Assembly (NCBI RefSeq): GCF_009914755.1
Contig: NC_060929.1
Length of the DNA stretch: 64,000 nt
Direction: 5' to 3' (one strand)
From: the human T2T-CHM13v2.0 reference genome, Homo sapiens
Position 1 is the first letter of the stretch, and the number at the start of each line of letters is the position of its first letter. Made by a program: the position numbers and the translations under genes. The notes beneath the pieces were generated by a model that ran no database searches, was not told where the DNA came from, and worked only from the letters and a program-made list of their open reading frames with translations. This document shows, one piece after another, positions 31,099 through 47,683 of this stretch.

Positions 31099-31159
31099 TT
31101 ATATATATCAGAACTCCAATAATGTGTGGCAAGTTTATAGGTTTTTGGGTGTGTGTGTG

Positions 31160-31455
31160 TTTATTTATTTATTTTTGAGACAGGTCTCACTTTGTCACCC
31201 AGCCTGGAGTGCAGTGGAGCAATCTCAGCTCACCGCGGCCTCCACCTCTTGGGTTCAAGTGATGCTCCCCGCCTTAGCCCCCAACCAGGTAGCTGGGACT
31301 ACAGGCGCATGCCACCACACCCTGCTAATTTTTGTGTAGAGACAGGGTTTTGCCACGTTGTCCAGGCTGGTGTCAAACTCCTGAGCTCAAAACAATCTGA
31401 CCACTTCAGCCTCCCACAGTGCTAGGATTACAGGTGTTCCCCACTGCACCTGGCT
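31160..31455 (-). mobile_element. AluJ
   Basis: Reverse-complement diverged dimer. Confidence 0.87.
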
Positions 31456-31899
31456 TTGTAGGTGTTTTTAATACTTTTCTATGACTCTTTCCCTGTTTTC
31501 TAAAGCTTGTATACATTTCTAGGCTTAAAAAGGAAATCAGTCCAATCAAAATCACTATCAGTGAATGTATCTGGATAAATATAAGGGGTTTAATACATTT
31601 TTATAAAATGAGCATTGTAGAACAGCTTTCAAAAAACAACAAAAACAAAACAAAAGATCTACCCAAGGAGTCACAAGCTCTCAGAAGGAAAAAAGGGCTT
31701 CTCCTCTAACCCTCTGGTTTTAAACATAGTAAGTTTCAGTCTAGAGAAATTCAAGAGGCATGGATGGAACCCCCAATTCTTGGCTGCTTGCTCCTCAACT
31801 ACTGGTGGATGAGCTCTCACCTCTGAGGGCCCTTTACTCCTGACCTCATGTCCCGGTCTTAATTTTAGAACCCCTTTTGGAGCCCTGTCTTCTCAGTCA

Positions 31900-32340
31900 T
31901 AAGCCCAGATCCCTTCAGGTAACATGGCTATCACATGAACTTAAACTCTGCTGTAAACCTCCATTCCTACGACTCCAAAACACCTTGATGTTTCACAAGC
32001 ATCTCAAAACAAAAACTGACCTCGGCATCTCCTCCTGTTCACCTTGTGGCTACTTCCTTACCCCTTCCTCAGGGAATGACACCTTTGCTATCAGCTACCC
32101 AAGTCAGAAACCAGAGTCAACCTAAAATCCCTCCATTGCCAACCACTGCAGCCACATTGCAAGTCCTTGGGATCAGATAATAACACAATCTAGAATCCAC
32201 CTTCTCTCCCCTCTACTGCCTCCCCTCTACTCCACCTCCTCCTGCCTCTACTGGGGCTCCAGTACTAACATCTTTCAACCCAGACCTCTACAACTGCCTC
32301 CAAATTCATCTCTCTGCCTCTAGCATCCTGTGGCATAAAG
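31900..32340 (+). mobile_element. L2 fragment
   Basis: gatgtttcacaagcatctcaaa...gggaatgacacc...caagtcagaaaccagagtc...ctacaactgcctcc. Confidence 0.55.
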
Positions 32341-32427
32341 CCAACGTTTCTCAAATTAGAGTCCAAGATATGTTTCTTTAAATTTTGAACTTTAATTTTA
32401 ATGATGTTTTAAAATATATTTTACTAG

Positions 32428-32727
<300 letters not shown>

Positions 32728-32879
32728 ATTTTACTAGTTTTAATGACAATTTTTCTTGGCCTTGATAATATAGAATTGAAAGGTATTTTCAGAGATAAGA
32801 TTTTGGTTTCTTTGGCTGCTGTTTCCCAAAACAGGATTGACTAGAATCTTTCCTCCTTCAAGGGAAACTGCTCAAGTTT

Positions 32880-33130
32880 GCAGAACATGAGATTTGGCAG
32901 TGCTGAACTCCACTCTGCACCTCACTGGCTGAGCAATCTTAACTTGTTCCAGTTACTCTGCTCTCCAATCCTTAGTTTCCTCATCTATAATATAAGAATA
33001 ATCCAAATGGCTATGTTTCTTAGTGCAAACAGAGTGAGATCATGCACATAAGTATTGTACACATTTAGCACAGTTCTTGGTACTGTGTAAGCAACTCTGA
33101 TATTTCAGTTAGTCATATTACTGTTATCAG
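32880..33130 (+). mobile_element. MIR
   Basis: ccttagtttcctcatctataa...ttagcacagttcttggtac. Confidence 0.65.
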
Positions 33131-34109
33131 TGATGTAATCTGGCCATACCCTGATTGGAATTCTCTGACAGTTGTTTCCCAATCACTTCGAGGACAAAAT
33201 ATCAATTATTTAATGTGGTTTCTCTGCCAGGCCCCCCCGAACGCCCCATTGTTTCACCTGCCAAGCTGACTCCATACGCATTAGATTAACTTTGAGTCCC
33301 TGTAAGGGTTAACTCTCCTGGGGTCTGTCTGTCTTTCCTTCCTTGGCTCAGCACACCCTCCCAGTCACCCCTCTTTTGAGCTTCCCCACCACATCTAGTC
33401 TGAGCGGGCTGGCCTTCTCTCCCACAGCACCTTGGACAGAAACCTCTCAGGTCACTTACATTCTATTGTAACCTCGGTTTTCTTACCCCTGCCTAGTAAT
33501 CATCAATCAAGGAGAGAAACTTCCAGCTCATATGCCGAAGTGGCTGATTTCCTGGTGCACCGTGATGAGGACGTGGAACTGCATGTGGGTAGATGGGAAG
33601 GAGGGCAAGAGCAAATCCTGGTGTCTACAATAGCAGGGGGTGCTGAGGACCCCCTCTCACCACCCTCGTATGGACCAATCTGTGGGGACCAGGACTTGTC
33701 TCACAAAAACTTCTGGGTTCTCACTGTCTCATCAAATTCCTGGAACTAATGGCTGCTTAATAATTTTCTGCTAAAGGGATGAACAGCAGCTACCACGTGT
33801 GGTACTAAGATTACATGATGAGGACTTTACGTTTGTCATCTAAAACCAACTCCAAAGACTGGGTCACAAATCAACACTTTTCATTTACAGGTCACCTTGA
33901 AATTTTCTTAAACTAAATAATAGGACAGTAATTCCTTGGCTGCCCTTAAGTGAAATGAAAAGGACATATTCAAACCAAATATGAATACACCTCTTAGTTT
34001 TAAACAAAAATCAATGGAATGAGTCCTAGCTTTAAACATTATGTGTTTTCCAAGCCATTTTTGGCAGATGGGCACATTTCCAAGTGCCCATTGAGAATTT
34101 AGAGATAAC

Positions 34110-34390
34110 AGTTGGGCGCAGTGGCTCACACCTGTAATCCCAACACTTTGGGAGGCCGAGGCAGGCGGATCATGAGGTCAGGAGTTAAAGACTAGCCTGG
34201 ACAACATGGTGAAACCCCATCTCTACTAACAATACAAAAATTAGGCGGGCCACCGTGGTGGCACACGCCTGTACCCCAGCTACTCGAGAGGCTGAGGCAA
34301 GAGAATTGCTTGAACCCAGGAGGTGGAGGTTGCAGTAAGTCGAGATTGCGTCACTGTACTCCAGCATGGGCGACAGAGTGAGACTGTCTC
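34110..34390 (+). mobile_element. AluSg-like whose A-tail is replaced by a G-rich tract (34391-34410)
   Basis: Perfect 17-nt TSD agaatttagagataaca at 34094 and 34412. Confidence 0.9.
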
Positions 34391-34469
34391 GGGTGGGTAG
34401 AGGGGTGGGGAAGAATTTAGAGATAACACACAAGGTATTTATTAATCCAGTAAACAAAAACAGAATCAG

Positions 34470-34692
34470 GGCCTGGCGTGGTGGCTCATGCCTGTAATCC
34501 CAGCACTTTGAGATAGGGTGGGCAGATCACCTGAGGTCAGGAGTTCGAGATCAGCCTGGCCAACATGATGAAACCCCATCTCTACTAAAAAATACAAAAT
34601 TAGCCGGGCGTTGTGGAGCATGCCTGTAATCCCAGCTACTCGGGAAGCTGAGGCACAAGAAGCTGAGGTTCCAGTGAGCCGAGATCACACCA
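34470..34692 (+). mobile_element. 3'-truncated AluS
   Basis: Body stops at gagatcacacca; no tail and no TSD visible. Confidence 0.88.
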
Positions 34693-35955
34693 AAGTCATT
34701 TTTGGCTGTTTTTTTTTTTTTTTTTTTTTTTTTTGGTGAGATATGTACAAAGACAGCAAGATGTCAGCTTGGCTCAAACTTATGGTACAAAAACTAGGAG
34801 AACTCACAACATCCAGAAGATAACAAGCCACATCAGCTCAGAATATGACATAATTATCTCCCCACACTCTTCCTGTCCACCAACCCCATCCCCACTATCA
34901 AGGAAATCTGTAGAAATATCAGGAAAACACTCTCTGAATTAATGGAAAGATTAGGGAAAGGCAGAAGGCCAGAAAGAAGAAAGACCCCAAAAAAAAGTAG
35001 GTTACTAATTAAGGAGGGCAAAAGTCTTTAAAAAAAAAAAAAAGACATTTTTGATAACAAAAACATTAATATCATGCTCTGGGAGAGTTTTCCCAGTACA
35101 TGGATCATAATAAAAACAAGGTCACTTGTTCCCCCTACTCCTCTCAAATGTGTCAACAAGAAATTGCTGTGTCTTTGTAAGTGTCTATGAAAGCAAAGGA
35201 TGTAAAAGCCCTGCACAGCTTGTACCAGAAATCTGGTCTGAATATCTAAGAGCCAGAGGATCTGAGGGTTAGGGAAACTGATGGGAATCAGGGTGAAACC
35301 TCCTAAGAACAAAGTTTAGGAGAGATAGGGGCATACTATCGTCAGTATCCTCACTCCTTGCCTAACTTCTCATCCCCCTCCCAAAAAGAGTGTCTGGAGA
35401 TTCTTTCTTTCTGGTGATATCCTTGTAATCTTATCTATTCAAATTTGCATTTTAGAATGCGATGGAATCAAAACACAGTGTAAGGACAAAGGGGCTCTTA
35501 CACTCTTTCAGTAGATAACAAATGGTCACTATTCATATGAGAGAACAGCTCCTCCTCCACTGTTACAGACAAAAATAGTAAAAATTTAACCCCTATTCCT
35601 ACTTTGGTTATAACCCACCTCCAGTGGTTTGCATCTTCATCCATCAACTCCACCTCATTTTCTACATTCCAGAGTCAAAGATAATGAAGAAGGCCAACAG
35701 CAAAAACTCAATGACTACACATGTGCCCAAGAAGATGGGCAGATGGAAACTGATGAAAATATGACGGACATGCACCAAGGGGTATACAGCCCCCACCTTG
35801 CGGATATCTGAAAACTGGGAAAAGCTGTATCTCATTCAGAGCAGTCACGTCCTTCAGAGACTTTGAGATTTGGATCAGGATTTTTTTAAAACTTAAAATT
35901 GTTCTCTGCTCACTTGATAGTTGTATTTATGCCTTTTAAATATATATGAGTTAAC

Positions 35956-36872
<917 letters not shown>

Positions 36873-36982
36873 CTTTTTTAATACACATGAGTTAGGCACT
36901 TAGCACAGAACCCAGGGAATGCAAGGTGTCTGATATATGCTGGTGCCTTTCCCTCACTGGCAAACTGAGCCCACCTCAAATA

Positions 36983-38672
36983 CAGGCACACCTCGTTTAA
37001 TTCACAGACACTGCATTTTCTTACAAATCGAGGGTTTGTGGCAACCCTGTGCAAGTCTACTGCTGCTGTTTTTACAACAGCAGGTGCTCACTTCACATCC
37101 GTGTCATATTTTGGTAATTCTCACAATAATTCAAACTTTTCCATTATTATAATATTTGATCTTTGATGCTCCTATTGTAATTGTTTGGGGGCGCCACAAA
37201 CCACACCCATACAAGACAGTGAACCTAATGTGTGTTCTGACTGCTCCACCGACCAGCTGTTCCCTGTCTCTCTCCCTCTCCTGGGGCCTTCATATCCTCT
37301 GAGACACAACAATATTGAAATTGGGCCAATGAAATAACCCCACAATGGCCACTAAATGTTCAAGTAAAAAAGAGTCACGCATCTCTCACTTTAAATCAAA
37401 AGCTACAAATGACGCAGCTGAGTGAGGAAGGCATGGCGAAAGTTAAGACAAGCTGGAAGCCAAACAGCCAAGTTGCAAAGGTAAAATTCTTGAAGGAAAA
37501 TTTCTTGAAGGAAATTAAAAGTGCCACTACAGTGAACAAATGAATGAAAAGAAGGTAAAACAGTCTTGTTGCTGACATAGAGGAAGTTTGAGTGGTCTGG
37601 ATAGATCAAACCAGCCACAACAATCCCTTCAGCCAAAGCTTAATCCAGAGCAAGGCCCTCATTCTCTTCAATTCTATCAAGGCTGAGAGGTCAGTAAGCT
37701 GCAGAAGAAAAGTCTGGAGCCAGCACAGATTCGTTGATGAGATTTAAGAAAAGAAGCCGTCTCCACAACACAAAAGAGCAAGGGGAAGCAGGACATGTTG
37801 ACAAAGAAGCTGCAGCAAGTTATTCAGAAGATCTAAATAAGATCATTGATGAAGGTGGCTACACTAAAAAGGTTTTCAGTGTGGACAAAACAGCCTCCTA
37901 CTAGAAGCTGCCATCTAGAACTTCCACAATTAAAGAGGAGAACTCAAGGCCTGGCTTCAAAGGACACACAGACTCTCTTGTTAGGGGTTAATGCAAATGA
38001 GGACTTTAAGTTGAAGCCAGTGCTCATTTACCATTCTGAAAACGTTAGAGCTCTTAAGAATTATGCTAAATCTACTCATCTCTATAAACGGAATAACAGA
38101 ACTGAGATGCCAGTACATCTGTTTACAGCATGGTTTTAGTGATATGTTAAGTCCACTGTTGAAACCTACTGCTCAGAAAAAAAGATTTCTTTCAAAATAT
38201 TACTGCTCACTGACAATGCACCTGGTCACCCAAGAGCTCTGATAAAGATGTACAAGGAGATTCATGTTTTCATGCCTGCTAAGACAACACCCATTCTGCA
38301 GCCCACGGATCAAGGAGTAACTTTGACTCTCAAGTCTTATTATTTAAGGAATGCATTTCATAAGCCTATATACCTAGTGCCATAGTAGATGGTGATTGCT
38401 CTGATGGAGCCAGGCAAAATACATTGAAAACCTTCTGGAAAGGATTCACCATTCTAGATGCCATCAAGAACATCTGTGATTCATGAAAGGAGGTCAAAAT
38501 ATCAAGATTAGGAGGAGTCTGGAAGATTATTCCAACCCTCATGTATGACATTGAGGGGTTCAAGACTTCAGTGGAGGAAGTCATTGCAGATGTGGTGGGA
38601 ATAGCAAGGGCACTAGAATTAGAAGTGGAGCCTGAAGATGGAACTGATTTGCTGCAATCTCATGATCAAATT
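36983..38672 (+). mobile_element. Tigger1 DNA transposon, 3'-truncated, with a disrupted transposase
   Basis: TA followed by the TIR caggcacacctcgttt; pogo/CENP-B-like DDE remnants in the ORF track (TLLLGVNANEDFKLKPVLIYHSENVRALKN; [27 protein letters not shown]). Confidence 0.9.
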
Positions 38673-38682
38673 GGGACACACA

Positions 38683-38990
38683 AGCCAGGTGCAGTGGCTC
38701 ACACCTGCAATTCCAGCACTTTGGGGGGCCAAGGTAGGAGGACTACTTGAGCCAGGAGTTCGAGACCAGCCTGGGCAACATGGCAAAACCCCATCTCTAC
38801 AAAAAATACAAAAATTAGCCAGGCACGGTGGCGTATGCCTGCAGTCCCAGCTACTCAAGAGGCTAAGGGGAAGATCACCTGAGGCCAGGAAGTCAAGGCT
38901 GCAGTGAGCCGAGATCGCACTACTGCACTCCCACCTGGGTGACAGAGTGAAACTCTGTCTCAAAAAAAATAAATTAATTAATTTAATTAA
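38683..38990 (+). mobile_element. AluJ, no evident TSD
   Basis: Dimer between Tigger1 and MER47A. Confidence 0.88.
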
Positions 38991-39180
38991 TAGGCTTTGT
39001 GTGAGATGATTTTGCCAAACCGTAGGCTAATGTAAGTGTTCTGAGGATGTTTAAGGTAGGCTAGGCTAGGCTATGGCGTTCAGTAGGTTAGGTGGATTAA
39101 ATGCATCTTTGACTTGAGATATTTTAGACTTATAATGGGTTTGTCAGGATAGAGCCTCATTGTAAGTCGAGGGGCGTCTG
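38991..39180 (-). mobile_element. MER47A-like (Tigger5 family) half element
   Basis: taggctttgtgtgagatgattttgcc...ttgtaagtcgaggggcgtctg followed by TA; matches the reverse complement of the MER47A 5' half as remembered. Confidence 0.78.
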
Positions 39181-39351
39181 TACTTTAATTCCAAGCTCAG
39201 TGGAAAAGTAAGGAAGAAAGTGAGAGTCTAGATTGCAGTGAAAGATGGGCTGACCTGTATATGTGAGAAGGTGAGAAGGTACAAGGTTAAGCAGAGCTCT
39301 GCCAGGTTTCCTACAAGTAGACAGTAACACGGCAATTTAAAAGAAAGAACA

Positions 39352-39754
<403 letters not shown>

Positions 39755-40083
39755 CTAAGAAGCCCTTGTGGAAAATACTCTGGTCCTGGCACTTATGACT
39801 CTTATGACTACCAGGAACAGAGCCACTACAAGCACACTGTACACCAAATCATACACATAAATGCATATGTGTCTTCACAGTGGGTGTTATAATTGACAAG
39901 AAAACACAATAAAAAAATGCAATATGCATTTTTGTTGTGCAATATGCACAACAAAAATATGCAAGCCCATATTTAAAATGACTAGTTCCTACTAATAAAG
40001 TTAAAACCAATACATGAGAGAAAAAAGGAGATCCAACATAGGGAGAGTTATCTTTAAAATTTTTTTTAAAAAAGGAGATTTCA

Positions 40084-40385
<302 letters not shown>

Positions 40386-41879
40386 GGAGATTTCGAATGT
40401 TTAGGAGCTGCTTACATAACCCTGAAGACAGATTCAGAAACAGTTATTATTCAGAAACAATGCACATTTTCAAATGAATCAGTTTTAAAGTCATTTAGGT
40501 CTTTTCATGGTGTGCTAGAAGAACTGAGATATTAAAGACAATTATTTTGTGAGTTGAACTACGCCCATTAAAAGTTCTGTACAAAAGGTCAGTACTTATT
40601 ACTAACAACACAAACAACTGTGTTAAGCAGGCTGAAACTCCAATAGTCAGAAGGATTTTCCAGATTTTTAGAAAAAGGGCTTAAAATGTCTTTAAGTTAA
40701 TCCTGACACCAAAATTTATCTCTGCGAACTTAATACCCTTTTTATTATGCACGAGCAAGCATGAAACGGCAAAGCTGGAGATTAATGTTCATTTGAAAAC
40801 TTTAAATTTTTCCCATTTCTCTGAGAGAGAAGGATGGTTAGGTTCCATGAGCTCCACAGACCATCACAACGCGGCAGCCTTTGTGGTCTGAGACACTAAT
40901 AACTAATTCAGGCTCTCCTTCAACAAAGCCAAGTTCTATTTGAACTTTTAACAATGGAAGCTGACTTGTTTGCCAACTCTTCTCGCAAACTGTTTTTCAT
41001 TAATATGGCTTTTTTGTAAGTGCGTCTAATAATAAAGCTCATGATCTCTTTGTCCTGGCTTCATTATTCCGGACTCTGGAGGGCTCGAGGGCTTGGAGTT
41101 TTTCTGAACATATTACGGTTATGTTTCAAACACCCAGGCAAAGCCATAATATTTCCTGCTGAGATTAGCACAATATCTGATAACTAGACAAAGAGGACTC
41201 AATCATAGAAGGCATGACACTTGACTTTGGGGTGGGGGGGCTTGGTGGGGGTGGGGGCAGTTCCACATAATAGGCAGAAAAGCAGGTGGCACAGATATTC
41301 TTGGTTTCATAGTATAAAGTAAAACTTTAAAAAGAAGCATCTTATAGAACCCTTTATATGTATAAGCACATTTAGATCATGTGCCCCCAGACCTATCGCA
41401 GTTTAGATATGTGTAATTTCTGACTCTGGTGATGGAGGTAGAAGTTGTATGCTTGCCTGACCTTTGCTAAAAGCTCCACTGTTTAAAATGTACTGATTCC
41501 AGCCCACCACTGCACAAGAAGCTACAGAAAGAGAGACAAAGGAGAAGAGGTACTGAGAGCCAGTCAAGTGAAGAGCAGAAGGGGAAACTGATCCCCAAAA
41601 GTGCCTTTAGAAGATGCTGCAATCAAAGCGTAGGGGCTCCAGGCAGAGGGAGCCCAGCTCCACCAGGGAAGTCATATCCTCACCAGCCCTGGGCTTCAGC
41701 GGCAGCCTCATCACTACGAGATGTGGCCTGACACATGTCATACCTCTTCTCAGAAACCTCCCTTTCTGTCTTCCTAATCTGTCCAAAGGAGGTAAGAATA
41801 CTTCCCCCTTCCCTCGCTCACAAAGCTGCTGTAAGCATCAACACAACTGATTACAATGCATAAGACTAAGGAACTTGGA

Positions 41880-42166
41880 AGGTTCACGCCTGTCATCCCA
41901 GCACTCTGGAAGGCCAAGATGGGAGGATCGCTTGAGACCAGGAGTTTGACACCAGCCAAAGCAACTTAGCAAAAACCCCATCTCTACAAAAAATTAATAG
42001 TCCCAGCTAGTCGGGAGGCTGAGATGGGTAGATTGCTTGAGCCTGGAGTTTGAGGTTAGAGCAAGCTATGATTGCACCACTGCACTCCAGCCTGGATGAC
42101 GCAGTGAGACCCCGTCTCTACTAAAAAAAAGAGAGAGAAAAAAGAAAAAGGAAAAAAAAAAAAAAA
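41880..42166 (+). mobile_element. AluJ (partly deleted), preceded by a MIR-like fragment at ~41680-41870
   Basis: Alu motifs and an A-rich tail. Confidence 0.82.
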
Positions 42167-44163
42167 GGAACTTTGAAATACAGGCTGCTGCCAAGATAAG
42201 ATGCCTGCTCCTACTTGACACCCGTTGGCTCAATCATGAAACTGTCAGGACTCATTTCCTTGGAAACCCTGCTATGGTTTCTGGTTCTGCTTCATTCCTC
42301 CTGTTCCCCTTGTACTCGGCCCCCGACCACACATGCACCAGCCCATTCCCTGACAGGCCTCGAGCCAGCTGAAACCACACTGAGCTAGCCCGGTCCAGCA
42401 CTGACTTCCACACGTCATAGAAGCTTCCACGTGCTCCAGCTTCAAGTATGCTCCACGCCCCATTCTCCCCTTCTAATTTTCTATGGCAATGACCTAATCT
42501 AACATTTTTGCAACTTGCATGTGTATGCAAATGTCTATATACCCATATATGCATTCATATATACATACACACATACATACATATAATTATGGCCATTCTT
42601 ACCTGTATAACCTGGCAAATGCCTCTGCTGTATCCAGCAATCAGCCCTCTGGCAAGGTGATATTCTTATCCCAAAAGACTGAAGCCCACAGAGCTTAAAA
42701 ATCTTGCCCAGGGTCCCACAGTTAGTAAGCAGCAGGCAGGGCTAGGAGTCTAGCATCCAAGTGTTGGAACAGGTCAGCTACTGGGCACCATCACTATGTT
42801 TCAAAATATGTCTTATTTGTCTCCATAAGGTCCTGGACTCCCTTGTCTAACTTTCTATCAGCAAGCACTCTTGACTGCCCATTGCTAAAAATCAAGTTAA
42901 AATGAAACAGTATTTTTAAATGGCATTAAGTATTTGGACTTTAGTAGAGCACATCAAATATATAGTGATGGGTAAATTACAGAAAAAAAAATTTTTTTGA
43001 AGGAATGGAACAGGCACAGGAAATGGAAAAATATCCCTTAACTACAAAAAAGCTTCTAGGTCTTCTGAAGTTCATTAACAGCATCAAAACCAATCTGCAC
43101 AAGTTAACCTGAAAAGGTTAAGTGAAGACACTACTAAATAATAATTACATGGTTATACAAGAACTTCAAATACTTAACTCATATTATTTTATTATAATTT
43201 CTCCCAACAAGCACAAAGATTGACACGCTGCAAGTGGGGGAAAACAGACAGCAGATAAGTGGGTTGTCCCGTCACTCATGAATCAGCTGCTGACTAGCAA
43301 CAAATCACAATCCATTTGCTTTTTCTCCTTCACCCCAATAAAATTGGGAGACTCTGTTTCATTTTTCCATTCATTGTTCCCCAAGTATCCTTAAACTGAT
43401 TCTCTCAAATCATATTACTAGATAATAATTTTCTTCCAAACTATTTTTATCCACTCCTTTTTTTTCTTTGAATAATTATTTATCGAATTCAGGATCGGAC
43501 TCTGAGGATTTTGCATAAATCACAGGAGAAACAAATATTTCACTATCAGGTCCACATCACGCATTAACACAGATCTTTAATGATGTCAATATTTATCCGC
43601 TTTCTCCAACGATTTATCTAACTGGCTCTTCTCTTTTCATTTTTTTTTTAGTGTCACAAAGTGAAAGGGCAAATAGTCATGAAAGTAATTATGGTAAGAA
43701 AAGAGGAATATCTAAAGTACGAAGCAAGAAAACTTACTCAATTTAACTCTTTGCTAGTTAATCTACCAGAACTGAATGGTTGCTTTTTGAAAAGCAAAGG
43801 TGGTGTTGGTGCATATTATGATGTAAAATTGGCATAAACAGGATTCTAGTGCCTAATCTATACTCAACTACTAATTCTAAATTTCACCTTGTATATTAGG
43901 TTTTGCCCTTAAAGCTATGCAAAACCAACTATAGAATTAGCTGAAAGTTACAGCAATATTAAAAACAAATACCATTGTAGACTAGATTATGCTCAATCAA
44001 TAGATTTTAAATCAAGATCTGCAGAACTCTAAAAGTTTCACAGAAACCACTGCTAAGAAATGGGGTGGGGGGTGGGAGGCTGCTGTCCACCCCTTCTTAC
44101 ATTGCCAGTAAAATTTGTTAAACTCTCCAACAAGATTTTATTCCAACAAAGTAATTCCAGATA

Positions 44164-44203
44164 CACACACACACACACGCACACACACACACACACACAC
44201 ACA
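44164..44203. repeat. (CA)n microsatellite
   Basis: Directly visible. Confidence 0.95.
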
Positions 44204-44379
44204 GTGTATTTCCCTTTTCAAATATGACTGATCTATATTATCTTACCAAAGCCTACAATTGACACTTTAACTTGATGTATTAAAATGCTCAAAAACCTTA
44301 CCTTTAAGCAAAGGGAATGAGAACAATTTAAAAGTGCTATACAGAACTGAACCTCTTCCTGAGACACGGCCCAGAGATT

Positions 44380-44398
44380 ATACCTGCAGGTGGCAGTA
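44380..44398 (+). promoter_or_regulatory. Candidate CTCF site
   Basis: atacCTGCAGGTGGCAGta closely fits the CTCF core CC(A/T)(G/C)(C/T)AG(G/A)(G/T)GGC(A/G); motif only, no binding data. Confidence 0.4.
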
Positions 44399-44608
44399 CA
44401 TTTTTTCCTGAAAGGTAACAGATCCTTACTGCTGAATTATCTGTAGCAGAAATTTCCAAACCCTTAACTGAGACTAATTCTCAATAGCCAAATGAGAAAT
44501 ATAAGACCACAGAGATAATTTCTCATAAAGTTTAACTCCTTCCATTTTAAAGAGCTGTCCCACGATTATGTCCTTCCCATTTTCGGCGTGTTAAAAAAAT
44601 GTCTTTTA

Positions 44609-45220
<612 letters not shown>

Positions 45221-46059
45221 TTATTAGATGCCCTTACTTGATAAAATAAAAAATGGGACAACTCTATGTTGGTCTCCTATAATTCCCAGATGCTCAAATC
45301 CAAAGTTCTGGGAGCCACAGAATACAGTGTCCAGGTGTTAAGGTGTATCAAGTGCTCACAGATCTTGGCAAACTTGTTTGCATGGGCTACATACTGACTT
45401 TGTTTTCAAAGTGAAATGAAGCCAAACAGAAAGACAAGCTATTGGCAGACTAATTATAACACTACCGTCTCTAAGTACCATGAGACTAAACAGGATTTGG
45501 ATGAAGTTTCCTGCCTGCCAAACTTTCTGCAACATTAAAAACCACCTTGAAGTCACTCAAGGATGACAGTCACTTCTGTGTGTGAGACAAAATGTTCTAG
45601 AATGGACCTGCCAAGCCTGTTTTCTTCCTCCTTCCCACACCCAAGCATAAAGGCTAACACCTGGGCCCGCAAAGTCTACAATCATAAAAAGAAATTCTCC
45701 CAGATTTTGGTCACCATGAAAGAGCGCAGGCTTCACTGATTCACTTTCAAAGGCTATATTATCTTGATTCTTTGCTGTCAAAAATAGTTGAAACCGGTTG
45801 AGAAGGAGGGTGGCCACAAACAGGTCCATAATTAGCATGTTTGGTAGCAAAAGGTGGGAAAGGTCATCATCATCGTTGTGCAGGGACTGCCTTTGGGATG
45901 ACAAGTCATAATATGTGACAAGTGTTAAGTATTTACAACATCGGACACATCCCTAAGCAGGCTCATACATTCCCTCCCTATTCTGCAAACCAACCTAGAA
46001 AGGTAAGTATTGCCATCAACATTTTGCTAATGTGTAAACAGGGCATTAAAAGTTATTTA

Positions 46060-47131
<1,072 letters not shown>

Positions 47132-47376
47132 ATAAAGTTACTTTAAAATACTAGAACATCCAAATGGTACTCACATGCAAGTGATAGCCTAGAGAAGACA
47201 AGGTTGATATTAACTGATTAACATTGGTAATAAGAACCCAAATGAAAACAGCAACCACAAAAAAGGAAGCATCACCTAGCCAGCAGTTCCCAAAGTGAAT
47301 TAAGGTGAATGGGCACTGATTTTATGAACAGCTTCTCTGGCAGTTTGGGAAGCATGATTAAGCAAAGAACTACACA

Positions 47377-47683
<307 letters not shown>

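Noticed and set aside
37400-38750. Domesticated Tigger transposase (TIGD1-like) gene
   Set aside because: The reading frame is broken into short pieces by stops, frameshifts and deletions, and the 3' part is missing.
42595-42625. Recursive splice site (minus strand CAG|GTAAGA)
   Set aside because: The AG/GT junction is present but there is no convincing polypyrimidine tract.
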